64,000 nucleotides of DNA from Oikopleura dioica (GCA_907165135.1 OU015567.1:4278001-4342000); one strand, 5' to 3'; positions 35,538 through 47,700 are shown, counted from the first letter of the stretch. The notes: generated from the sequence alone by a model not told the origin. Program-made: numbers and translations.

Positions 35538-38500
35538 TTAGTTTGGTATGGTAAGTGTGGGCCCTTCCTTAGAGTCGACACCAGTTGTCTCCAGGAGTAA
35601 GTATCGGGCACTCAAAGCCAGTGGGATATCGTGTGCGAGTGATATTAAATAACTTTGTCCAGAGCTAGAGTAGTAGAAGGTATTTGTAGCGTTGTAGAGA
35701 CGTGCACGTTTCTTTCGTTTACCGGATCCAGGCTTTACGTAGAAGCCAGCGACGACGCAGCAGAAAAGCGGCAATAGTCGCTGTAAGTCCATAAAACTCC
35801 AACCCAATTCTTCCAATTGCTCCAGAAGAGTTGAGCGAGGCACAGAGTCTTTATATCTTCCCCCAGGAGTGTACGCTGGACCAAGATCCCCTATAATTCG
35901 TTCAGTAAATAGTGAGCCCCTATTTCTCGACTAAACTGTAAGGATACCTACCTCTCACAAGATCTGCCAAGGTCTGTTTATGCAGCTGCCCATGGGTAGT
36001 TTCGATGTCGGGGAACAGGTGATCCCACTGGGATTGTTTCTATTTTCAATTCAATGAGAATCAATGGAGGATTAAATCTTTTACCTGTAGTCCTCCAGCC
36101 TCTGCTTCCCTGACTTTTAATTGCTGCAGTTCGGATAGCAGAGTGCGCATTGCGTCCTGGTTAGCCTGACAAGAGTTATCCGTACATAAGGGCACGGTAC
36201 ATCCGCGCACTTTGGTCGGGTATAGGTGAGGCGAAAGGCCATAGCGAGTGAAGTCGACAAACTGAGTCTCGGAACGGTGCAATGCTTGAACGAAGGATCG
36301 TAGGGCGGATGAGCGGGAATCCCATGACATGCGAAGTTGAAATGGATTCTGACCACTTGGCAGAGCCATACGGAAACAATTAGCCTCGCGGAGATACTCA
36401 GAGTTGAAAAGAAGTGGCCCTTCGTCAGTCAGTTTGGTGATGCGGTCAGAAAGAGCTGTTTGAAAGTCGGAAATATTGCTAAAATAAAAGTTAGAAGCTT
36501 AAAAACTTTGCTATTGGCGAAGGTAAGGGCTTGACCTACCTTTCAGTTATGCTGCTAATGGTAAAATCCGATTCGTAAGCAGTAGGGAGAAGTCGTTGTG
36601 GCACGGGTGAAGTTGAATAGCGAGTTGGGAACAATTCGTTTAATGTAGATTTCTCGCTCGAGCTGTACTCAGGGCTGGAGACAATCATAGCGCGGACGAA
36701 ATGGCAAAAAGCGGAAACTTGGTCATCAGTAATGTTGGTCAATCGGAGATACAGATCGCCGTTTGAAGGAGAATACATTACTTCGAATCCAAAATCAGCT
36801 AGTAGTCCAGCTAATCGGTTAAGGTCGCGGCAATACCGAATAAACTCCTAAGAAATATTAATAGGGATCAGGTTTAACAAGATGCAAAATTAAAATGTAA
36901 TCAAGCTTAAGTACCTCAGCATTCTGTTCATTCTTCATCACATCTGGGAAATGCAGGGACAAATATTCACCGAATACGGGTAAAAGCGGGCTGATACCGC
37001 ACACAATGTTGCCTGTCGTCATCCCTGCCTTTTTCAACGATTCATGAAGGGGGGCAGCCAAGATATTGTGACAATGAACACTCCGTTCCATGGGGATCAA
37101 TCTTGAGTTCAAATGAGCAAGGCCAGAAAATGAAACAGTCTCGCGTGCAAGGCGAAGCTGGGAGGTAGCTTGAAGATGGTCGAGTCGGGTTGCTATGACG
37201 TGGAGTTGAGTAAGACTGGGCTTAAATTAGGATTACTTGGAGAAAAACCTTGCTTACGCTGAGTTGTAGACGCCACACATGATGGTCGAGTGGCGCATTA
37301 AGCAAGCTCCACTCAATTGGCAAGGCGGATAGGTGCAAGTTGCAACAGGGCCTCCTGCTCGCTGATAGTTGTTTGATGGGTCAGTTGAACACCAGGTGAT
37401 CGAATCGCTTTGGAGAGCATACTGATTCACGACCTCAGTTTGTAGTTGATAGAGAGGATGTTGATAAAAGAAGTATCCAAGAGCCTTTAAAAAGTGCTAA
37501 TAAGATGTCGCTAGGAAGGTAATAGACCTACCTTGCGCAAGAGATTGAGAGCGGACCCACCGGTGAAGCCGGCGAAATGGAGATTGTGCGCCTCAACTTG
37601 TAACTGGAGATCCGTCAGCGGGGAAATCATTAAGATATGATTCAAGTAATCCGTTGACATAAATAACTTCTGACAAAAGATTGAGGCCCCCAAGAAATCC
37701 ATTCGGTCATGTAAAGCACTTAGCTTTGTAGTGTAGAGAGCGGATACGTCGCCTTGAATGGTAGGATTGTATGAATCCAAATCGGTAATCTGTAAAATGT
37801 CAGCCGGGATCGCGAGCAATTGATTGTTTAAGATCTTTTGGTAGGCGAGAACAGAGGCTCTTTTCAACTTTTCGGTTAGAGTCTCAGCCTGAGGATGGCT
37901 TGGGGTCTGGGCATGTTCTCGTTTTATACGCGATTGGGCTGATTCAACTGTTGCGTCCAATTGCTGGATCAGTGGATTTTCATGAAGTCCAGATGAGCCT
38001 GAGAAGCAGAGAATAGTGTCGTTGGTTGCCACCAGACCATACTCTGGCTTGTTAGTAATCTGTTCTTCATCATCCATGAGGGTTGTCAAGGGGTGATTGG
38101 CCAAAATGTCGGGCTTAAACGAAATCGGTGCTGCTTCCGGGATATTACTTTCGGCTGTAACTGATTGAAGCCGGTTCTCCAATAAATCGAGTAGCAGAGT
38201 TGAGCTTGCTGCTTGATGCCCAGGACGGACTGCAGGTAGAGGGCCGCTGTTTTCATGGACGGAAGTCGAGTGCCTAGTCGCTCTTGCTGGATCTCGGCGG
38301 AGGATGCTGGTGACGGGAATGTCCGTAGTAGGAAGCGCGTCAGTGGTTGAAATTCCGGTCTGAGTGGTGAGTAAGCTCAGCAGAGCGTTCTCATCTAAAA
38401 CATGTCCGTCAAAAGAGGAAATACTGAGCAGAAATTAAAAGAAAGGTAGGTCACTTACCTTCCTCAATTAATCTGAAAACTCGGGGACGAGATTGTCCAT

Positions 38501-41149
38501 CAGCAGTGAAGACCATGTAGAGTCGACCACCACGTCGGATAGTAGCATTCATTAAGGAAGATGAATCGCTGCTGCCATTGTCTGAAGGAGATGGTGGCGT
38601 GGAGTGATCTCGAGCACTTGACTCGTCATTTGCTTGAGGCTCCGGGGCATCATTACCGGGGGGAGAATTACAGGGCGGATTTTGTTGCGAACTGTTTTCT
38701 TCAGTGATTTCCTGGGTGGCTTGTTGAGCAGCTTACTCGCGAGCCCTTGCGGCTCTTCTTTCCGTAATATACTCTTCGTACAGTCGGTGAAGGTCAGACA
38801 GATCCTCTTCGCGGGGAATATAGAATGGAGATTCGACAGCAGTTATGGACAACTCGGAAATATTCTTGACTCGGTCGGGATCTACTTTTGAGTTGAGACA
38901 CTTGCTATGGGGCTATAAACTAAAGTACCTTGGAGGGTCAAAGCTTGCAGAAAGTCCACAACGTCTTCTGTTTCCAGTTTGGTTGGGGATAGTTCATAAA
39001 TGCTGTGGATGATTCCTAATTCCGTCAAGACTTCTCGAGCCTCGGAGGAAAGGTTCAATACCAGGCGGGAAACGCGAGGAATCGCAGTTTGCTCGGTTGG
39101 TTCGGGAGAGTCGAGATCAGCAGGGTTCAAAGTCCTATCGAACTCTGAGGCAGTTGTGCACTGTTGCTGAGAAACATGTATGGCGGATAAAAGCACTTGC
39201 TGATAAGCGCTTGTAAATGATGGTGGTCTAATGACCTTTCGCAAGCCAGTAATATAACAAGTGCTGATGTCGTTAGTACACCCTTTGATTTGAAACGGTC
39301 GCAAGCTAAATAAAAAGTAATTAACGGAAGGGCAAAATCACAGCAGGAAGGTCGAGGACCTACCTGGTCTCTTGACGTTTGATACATCTGGCGTGAGCGA
39401 TCACGTCGGAATTTGTTGCTGGCTGTAAAGTTTGCTGCAAAAATGCGTCAATGGTGCGTGCGAAAACCAAGAGCAGGTCATTCACCAGTTGTGAATAGGT
39501 GCGTGATAAGCGCTCTTGAACCATGTCCTCGGTGTCTTCATTACGGGTTATCATTGCTGCCATGATCCTCTGGATTGTGCTCAGGACCAATGAGTGGAAG
39601 TAGCGGCGACCGTCGTGAACAAGGTTACCGTAAAGGCAAAACATCGAGTATAGTAGGCGCTCCACATCCGTTGCAGTGAACTTCTGGCACTGAGTGGTGT
39701 AATAAATCGCCCACTGGCCAAAAACAAGCTGAAAAGAGGGGATTGATCCTGGAAGTCTTTAAAATTAAAATTATAATTAAAAATGAATTAGGGAATTTCA
39801 ATTGTGTTAAAGTGTCAAAATTTTAAAGCTCTGTAAGCTTTATAATTTACCTGAAAGAAAATCTCTACGAAAATTCGCACGGAGGTCGAATCAGGGGCGC
39901 TGGGTTTCCATCCGGGAGGCAGACATGTTCTTTTCCCAAACCTGTCGAACTTAGTCTCGCCAAGCAAGGTTGGTAATCCATCTCCCTTCGTAGAGGAGAT
40001 GATCTTGTCGCCAAGGGAGACGGTCCTATCCTTGGTGGAATGGGAGTCGCGAACCTGTGCGTATAGGTCTTCGACAACAGCCAGTGAAGGCGTCACGAAG
40101 TTATCAGAGTCGTCCGACTCGCTGGCGTCGGTGGAAGCTGACTCTTCTTCTAAGAGGAGATTAATTAAAGCCCGAAAACTAGTACTATTCTTCTCTAAAT
40201 TAAAGTTATCTAAGAAAAATTTTGTCCAACGACAGATAGGGACAAACGAAAAATTAATTATTACAAATTTTACCAATAATTATATTGTACCTAGACTATC
40301 AAAATTTCACTAACCTTGAGCCTCAGGGGTCCTTCAAACTTTCCTCGTTTGGAACGTGTTACGCGTTGGTTAGGACCAGGTACTGGTCGTGGCTGCCTAC
40401 GTCGTCGGTTCCTCTTGCGGGGAGTTGGGGTCGAAATTGATGATAGCCGAAGGGTACGTATAGGAGTACTCTCAGTGACCTCTTGAAAGGAGGGAATACT
40501 CTTTTCGCAAGTAGGTCGAGGATCGGAGATGGGCTTGAATGGGGCTAGGGCCTCACCAGTCGGTTCATCAACGTCCATCTCTTGCTCGTCTTCGGAAGGG
40601 GTTTGCGGACGGCCGGAAACTGGAGGAGCAATGAGAGCCGTAATCTGCTCCTCGGTGTATTCAGCCAAAACCTGAATACAGTTAGTTTCCGTGAAATCTG
40701 TATTATAGTTTGGTTAGATTGTACTACTACTTCTCTTGAAGAATAGGTAGGTCTCGGACCTTCCTCTACTTTAGAAACTTTCTCATGTCACTTTCCGAAA
40801 TTGTGACTGGCTTCAATAGAAGCAAGTAGCGGCTCAGAAATTACTATACCAGGAGAAACAAGCTAAGTGATCCTGGATTAGAAAACTCAAGAAAAATTCA
40901 TGAAAATACCAAAATAGGCAAGTGTCATACTTCAAATAAAACAGGGTTGCGCATGAAATGATAAATCCTGATTGAAGTTGAACCCGGATCCAAAATGGCG
41001 TTGACAAAACTTACGGAATAAGGAGATGACACATCCAATGGGTCGGAGTGCGGGTACACTGCGACCAGTCGTGCGGTCCTTCGTGGTACTTGAAACCCTT
41101 CAAGGCCAAATTCCAGAGTTTCTTCGTCGTTTGGGAGTTGGGGGTCCAT
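35538..41149 (-). CDS. Antisense multi-exon cargo gene(s) inside the LINE-type element; roughly 1,400-1,600 aa if a single gene; unknown function
   Basis: GT-AG introns joining ORF-track frames exactly in phase: 40672-40930, 39306-39363, 37485-37531, 37216-37257, 36848-36914, 36479-36539 and 36040-36084. Further introns at ~39757-39850, 38424-38458 and 35920-35951 need a nearby 1-nt repair. One in-frame TAA at 38733-38735; the junction near 40.2-40.3 kb is unresolved; AATAAA on the minus strand at 35419-35424. Confidence 0.8.
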
Positions 41150-41779
41150 GACGTCCGGATAAATTAGCGCTCTGCTAATCGGGATGCCAAAAAATGAACT
41201 GACTCGAGTTTTTGGGAAATCGGACTTGTAAACAGATCCTCAACAACATTCTAGAAACGAGGTCACGTGATGGAGACTGGTCCATGGGGTTCTGATTAAA
41301 TCCAGCCCTTGACCCTGGAAATGCAAACTTGAGCATCTCAATAATAACCCATTCTAGAGAAAAACCTGTCTATTTTTATTTTATTTATTTTTCAAAATAC
41401 CCAAATAGATTCTAAAAAATCTTTGATTTTTAAGTTTATCTTAACTTTGCAATACCTTCTCTGCAAAATTGCAGCTACATTGGACAAGGCCCTTGAATGC
41501 GGATTTGAAGGTAGGTAAGGTACCTACCTTCATCTCTACTCCTCTTGGGCCAGCAGAATAGAAGAAGATGAATCAATCCAATCAACTGGGTACCGCGCAT
41601 ACTTTTCTCCCGCTTGGCTGGATGATCCTACTCTTCTGCCTTTCTACGCAAGCATATTTTTCATTCATTCGCTATGAAATCATTATTTTTATATTTCTTT
41701 ATTTCTTTTGTTTCTTGTATGTTCTTTCTTTTCACTTGCACTGTGTTACAGATTATTGTTCTTCTTACAATTATCTTTG

Positions 41780-41807
41780 AATAAATAATCAGAAAAAAAA
41801 AAAAAAA
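41780..41807 (+). terminator. Polyadenylation signal and retroposed poly(A) tail
   Basis: AATAAA at 41780-41785 and A15 at 41793-41807, directly joined to the resumed host sequence. Confidence 0.85.
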
Positions 41808-42536
41808 TGTGAGTCTATATCAAATGCGCTATGAAATACCGAGATCTTATTTTTCGATTGGTCTCCGTTTCCCAAAATCGCCGTTTGCCCAAATTGAGGA
41901 AAGGGCAACTTGGGCAAAAGGCGACTTTGGCGAACGAGACCACTCTTCTTTTTCAACTTACATATAATAACTGCAATTATCTGTCAGATCATTTTACATA
42001 AAAGTTTCCGCCGAAAAAATTTTTTGTAGTGATACAAACGACTAGTTTTTGAAACAAGCAATTTAAAAAAAATAGACATTTGAATGAATAATTGCTAACA
42101 CAACTTCTAATTTGTCAGAAAATGAAAGAAGATGAAATTTTCTAGCATCAGATGAAGGATTCAACGCGGGGATCAATCAACAGAGCCAGAGGAAAGTTCC
42201 AGAACACGAGATCAAAGAAGAAATTTCACGACTAGAGTGCGACTAGAGGCAGGAGAGACTAGAGGAGGCAATTAAACTGTACAATTTGCGCACATTTATT
42301 TTTTGATTGAAGGCGTCTTACGAGACGGTAATGAGAGGAGCTCAGCCTGTCGTAAGAGCTGCCCCCTATATCGATAGTATCACATGCTCTCTAGCACCGA
42401 GAAGATTATGAAGCGTAAAAATAACAGTTCCAGAAAGCTATATAAATCGAGATCCCTGAACCTTTCAGCACAGACAATAACAGTCAGTTTTAAAAAAAGA
42501 GCCTTTTCAAAGGAAATCTTTTTAATCCGGTCAAAA

Positions 42537-43031
42537 ATGATGAAATCAATGCTCTTTGGTCTCTTCGCCGTCGGATCCGCTTCTGTCGACCATTATGGCA
42601 AGATCCGAATGCCTCGATTTGAAAAACTGGTCGGTTCGGAGGTCGATTTGGCTGGCCCGATCGCCGTTGACTCGGAAAAAGACTGTACTGATCTCTGCCG
42701 CGTTGCATCGTTCTTTGCCAGCCCGACACGACAATACGATGCCAACTGTGATTTTGCGGATATCTACGCTGACGGACAATGCTCTCTCTCTGAAATTCCA
42801 ACATTGCAAGAATTCATCGTCGACAAAATTGGCTCCCGTGCACTTTCCTGCCGCGCTCTTTGCTCCTTCATGTCCGACTGCATGGTAGTTCAGACCGAGT
42901 CTAAAATAACGCGACGAATGACCTCCCGAACTTGCTCCTTTTTCAACGGATACGTCGAGGTTCAACGAACAAGATTTCCCGTCGAAGTCGAGATGAAACA
43001 GACGATGTTTGACAAATACATCCAAATGTGA
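42537..43031 (+). CDS. Secreted 164-aa PAN/apple-like protein (copy 2)
   Basis: Near-identical to 16044-16538. The true start is the MMKSML ATG at 42537, not the 42384 start in the ORF track. Confidence 0.7.
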   Translation: MMKSMLFGLFAVGSASVDHYGKIRMPRFEKLVGSEVDLAGPIAVDSEKDCTDLCRVASFFASPTRQYDANCDFADIYADGQCSLSEIPTLQEFIVDKIGSRALSCRALCSFMSDCMVVQTESKITRRMTSRTCSFFNGYVEVQRTRFPVEVEMKQTMFDKYIQM

Positions 43032-43303
43032 ACTGTTAACCATATTCCCCCTGTTCTCTTCTCTTTCTTCTGAATTAACATATATAAATCTGAAAATAAT
43101 ATTTGCCAAATTAACCGTGTTTACACAAATTTTTTTCTCTCTATTTTGCCGTCATTGATGCCAAGTTAATAAAATAAAAAAATCTCATAAAAATCACTTC
43201 TAAAAATGTCATTTCGGGCGATTTCGGCCCAAAGAAGAGGACTTTTTTAAATTCTATCATCCAAGGCTCGCCATCCAAGGAGGCTTATTAATGTAAGCTT
43301 TAA

Positions 43304-43972
43304 GGACCCCCCCCATCAAGATGAAAAAAGTCAAAATTTTCAAAATTTTTTTGCTTTTTTGGGTAGTTTAGACCACAAGGAAGAACTTTTATTCAGAAAA
43401 TTTTTTTGATCTTATAGAAAATTTTGGCAGAAATTGACTTCAAAAATTGAAAATTAACATTTTACATTTCATAAAAATCTTTAGTTCGCTATTTTTTAAT
43501 GGTAATTAAGGGTATACCAACCATCAAAACTATTTCTATAATAAACACTAGTATAAAAACGTTATTCAGGGCAATTAAGGCAATAATTACTGAAAATTTA
43601 AATCTGGAAATTTGACTTAGATTCGACTTATAAAATTTTAAAGGGGCTGTCCTCCTTAAGTTCGTAGACAAAAAACTCTCAAAAAGCAAACGGTCGTAGC
43701 TTAGGGCCTTAACTTTACCATGAAAAAAAATTAAGGGTATACCCCAACGAAAACCCCAAAAAAAAACGTTCACTAAGCAACTTTACCTTTAACGGCCTTT
43801 AACGGCCTGTATAACCTTAAATTTGGCATCGAGAGATCATCTTAAGGGGAACGGTTGCAGTAGAGGGTTCGATCTAAAGGATGCAATTAAAATTAAGGGT
43901 CTAGCTAAGATAGTTTTGGAGAAAAACTTCCACTAAGATGCCCTATTTTCGCGATTCTTGATGGGGGGGTCC
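43304..43972. mobile_element. TTAA-flanked non-autonomous DNA element (Kolobok-like)
   Basis: TTAA on both sides; TIR GGACCCCCCCCATCAAGA / TCTTGATGGGGGGGTCC. Confidence 0.75.
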
Positions 43973-44723
43973 TTAAGGGTGTTTTTCCTCATTTTTCGCC
44001 AAAAAGTCCAATTTTCCAACGCGATTTTGAGGGTGTTAGAGTCGAGATAGACCCCCAAAAAATGAGGCCTCAAACTCGTTTTTTGACCCGTAGAATCCAT
44101 TTTCGGGGTCAAAATTTTGAAATTCCGAAAATTGATTTTTTCGAAAATTGTTGACGGGGGGGGTCCGAAATGAGAAGCCGCGTAGCGGCTTTTTACAATA
44201 CAAAGCCGCGAAGCGGCTTCGTCTTAATTCTAGAATATATTCAAATAATTTATTTTATAATCAAAATCAGATTTCTACACAGGTCGTCGGCCCCAAAATC
44301 AGAACAAAAACCATCATTTTTATAAGCCTGTTTATAACAATTATTTTTCCGATTGATTCTGAGACCTCTTCTCTTCCAAAGGTTATTCTGTCAAAGAATA
44401 ACGCCAAAAAATCAAACAAGGAAATTTCAAAAGAGCAAATCTGTCCCAAAAAAATCGAGAAAGAAAAAAATGGGGAGAGAGAATATTTTTCAGTTACTCC
44501 AAAAAATATTTTATCTTCTTCTTGTTCTTGTTGTTTTCTTGGTTCTTTTTCAGAACACAAGATATCTTTATCCATTGAAAATTGAGTTAATCTCGAACAA
44601 GGTAATAAGCTTTCAACGGTTGAATAGAGCTAAATCAATCAAATAATAAAATTTTTGGTTGGGTCATAAATTCTCGAGTACTTAAGTTTTTACGTTTTAC
44701 CACATTACCTTTTTCGTAAAAAA

Positions 44724-47700
44724 ATGAAATTTTCGCAAAATTATTCCCTGATTTTCAGTCATCTACTGATTGTACTGTTTTATTTGATTGTAAATCAAGG
44801 ATATCTTTCGAATTTAATCGATGATTTCTCCGAAAAAACGGATTTTTTTCAGGAAGAAACTTTTCAAACTGAATCAGTCAGAGAATTCGCGAAGAAAAAA
44901 TTAAAGGTAACATATAAAATCGACTTTTATTGACTCAGTGAAGTCCAGTTATGAAATTTTGCTCAGGTATGTAATTTTAGATTTTCAAATATTGAAACAG
45001 CAGGGACCGAAAAATTGAATATTTTTTTTACTAAAAAAAACATGCGGATAATTTGTCAATATCCTCGGGCTGAGAATCTTAGCTATAAAAGCTTTTTACG
45101 CAAAACTATCTTTAATAGTCTGTAATTTTGAGCCTCTCCGCTGGAGAATAACTGCATTTTAGCGACTATAAGTTCGAAAAATAAATATATTTTGATTCTA
45201 AGTCTAGTTTTGATTGTTCTTTTTTACCTGACCATAATTAAAACAGAAATTTCGACGCTTATCCATGGAATTTTTCAGGAAGAGAATATTTCGAGCATCA
45301 AAACCATCTCTCTTGAGAGACAAAAAGAGGGAGAAGAAGAAATAGTCAAGAAGAATCAGGTTGAATAGTCGTCAAGAAAGGGGTACTTAAGTGCTATTTT
45401 AGATGATTATTTACAACCGCGTCCCGAAATGCGGGTCGACAACGACTCTTGCGATCATCGATTCTTTGAAGAAAAAGCTCAAATACAAAACTTTTAACGA
45501 CATTGCTCCTAAAATGTCTCACCGAATGAAAACCGATGAAGAAGAACTCGGTAAACTCGCCTCATCTAAAAACTTGCCTTAAACCAATTTTAGCGCTGAT
45601 AAGGAAAATAACGCAGCTAGAAAAGCCAATGATCTACATTCGGCATGTATATTTCCTCGATTTCGACCGATTCGCTGTCGAAAAGCCCCTGTACATCAAC
45701 ATCGCGAGAGATCCTGTTTCGCATTTCATCTCGAAGTTTTACTACCATCGAAATGGATTCGCCGGGGAGAAGAAGAAGAACTACGAAAAGTGGAAATATG
45801 AAATGCCGGACGATCAACGATCAATGACTTTAGAAGAGTGTGTTCAAACTGAAGCAACGGAGTGCAAACGACCTTTTTTGAGCCTTATTCCTTTCTTCTG
45901 TGGCCATTCGAGGTATGTATTGAGATGTTGACTGTCATGTTAATCGATGTTCATATCGGTGTGAAATGTGTCTAATAACATGGGAGTAAGCCACATAGTC
46001 TCAAGAAAAAGCTAGGTATTGATCCTTCAAAATTAAAATTATTCAAAAACCACGTGAATTATATTCATTCAGTTTGTACCATGGTCCATCATCCTGCATA
46101 GGGTCCGGCATGATCGGAGGACCTAATTTTTCAAAAGCGAAAATCTTATAGTGTTAAGAAAAAAATCTGGTGGGAATTAAGGGATTCGAATACGGCGAAA
46201 AAAATGATAGTGCCAATATTCTAATTCACCGTCGGAATCGCCGATTTCTCTCGGTTTTTCATACTTATAATGGCTGCACAAACTTCTCTTTTCCAAATTT
46301 TGATAAATTCAGCCCTAAAAATCACAAATCTGCATAAAAAAATCCGTCTCAGCCCCGTTCCTTGATTTTTAACTTTAAGGGCTTGACGGCCCTTCGGGCC
46401 GTCTCAGCCCCGTTCCTTGATTTTTAACTTTAAGGGGCTTGACGGCCCTTCGGGCCGTCTCAGCCCCGTTCCTTGATTTTTAACTTTAAGGGCTTGACGG
46501 CCCTTCGGGCCGTCTCAGCCCCGTTCCTTGATTTTAACTTTAAGGGGCTTGACGGCCCTTCGGGCCGTCTCAGCCCCGTTCCTTGATTTTAACTTTAAGG
46601 GGCTTGACGGCCCTTCGGGCCGTCTCAGCCCCGTTCCTTGATTTTTAACTTTAAGGGGCTTGACGGCCCTTCGGGCCGTCTCAGCCCCGTTCCTTGATTT
46701 TTAACTTTAAGGGCTTGACGGCCCTTCGGGCCGTCTCAGCCCCGTTCCTTGATTTTTAACTTTAAGGGGCTTGACAAAGGCATTTAACTCTGAGGTGATC
46801 AATCTCAGTTTTGTCCCCAACCCCACCCACACCCGTTTGCATAAAAATGAAAATAATTCCTATTTCTTAGTTTGTTATGGTTATCATCTTAGAAACCTTT
46901 TGTTTTTCTTATAACGAAAATTAAAATTTTTCAATAATTATGAAAAAAATCATGAAAAATTATGAAAAAAAATATTGATTTTAGGGGAATCGATCTCACC
47001 ACCTCTTGCTTTTCAAGCGAGAGCGCTAACATTTGAGCCACCAAGGGAGGATCCTGGCAGTTATAAAAATCGCTATGCGGAGCTGACCAATCAGAGCGCA
47101 CTTGGCTCTCCATTCAAATTTTCATTAAACTCCTGAAAAGGGTTGAATCGGAGGTTTTTGGAGAATCAGTGACCTGAATTGAATTCCTTGGTGTCGAATT
47201 AGTGGAATCGTGAATTTTCATTGAAATTAAATTTTTGGTCCTAATCATGCCGGACCCTAATCCTGCAATTTTCTTGCCTCAGTAATTTTGTGGCCCATCA
47301 AAAGGCTCCTCTAAAAGAGCTTTGATGGTGATATCCGTGGTTGATAATTAAATATATAAAAATTATCTCTCATGATAAAGTTTTTGGTACTTTAGTTCTT
47401 ACACACGTGATAAAATTGAGATAAGCCCGTTTTTGAAACTCATTGTTTTTTCAGTATTTGTCTGAAACGAGGAAAAGAAGCAGTAGAAATCGCGAAAAAG
47501 AACATTTTAAAAAGCTATGCGATTGTTGGAGTTACGGAAGACTTACCCAGCACGATGAGAGCCTTTGAAATTGTCGCTCCTGAATTTTTCAAAGGAGCAT
47601 ATCACTTGATTGAAGAAAAAGATGATAAACTTCATGAAAAGTAATTATTTCTTCTTCTTGTCAGTCTTATCCTCAGAGTCGGCTTCGTAGAGTCCAGCCA

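Larger units (their letters stand above)
29955..41806 (+). mobile_element. Giant poly(A)-tailed non-LTR (LINE-type) retroelement insertion, 11,852 bp, apparently 5'-truncated, with ~9 kb of cargo genes
   Basis: The host sequence ACACTCATC|ATGTGAGTC (intact at 14781-14798) is split at 29954/41807. The insert ends AATAAA (41780) + 7 nt + A15, begins within a LINE ORF2-like frame, has no TSD and is clearly more GC-rich than the host. Confidence 0.9.

Noticed and set aside
41568-41780. 70-aa hydrophobic ORF at the LINE 3' end (and similar 35128-35310)
   Set aside because: T-rich 3' UTR sequence gives spurious Phe/Leu/Ile-rich ORFs just before poly(A) signals.
29955-41806. Alternative reading as a DNA virus/Polinton, DIRS or Penelope insertion
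   Set aside because: I saw no integrase, tyrosine recombinase, GIY-YIG, polB or capsid motifs and no terminal repeats. The RT motifs and poly(A) tail are LINE-type.
42384-42536. 51-aa N-terminal extension of PAN-like copy 2
   Set aside because: The paralogue is closed in this region, it overlaps the TATA/5' UTR, and the signal peptide begins at 42537.
46344-46775. CRISPR-like appearance of the 55-bp array
   Set aside because: There are no unique spacers and no cas genes, and the context is a eukaryotic intron.
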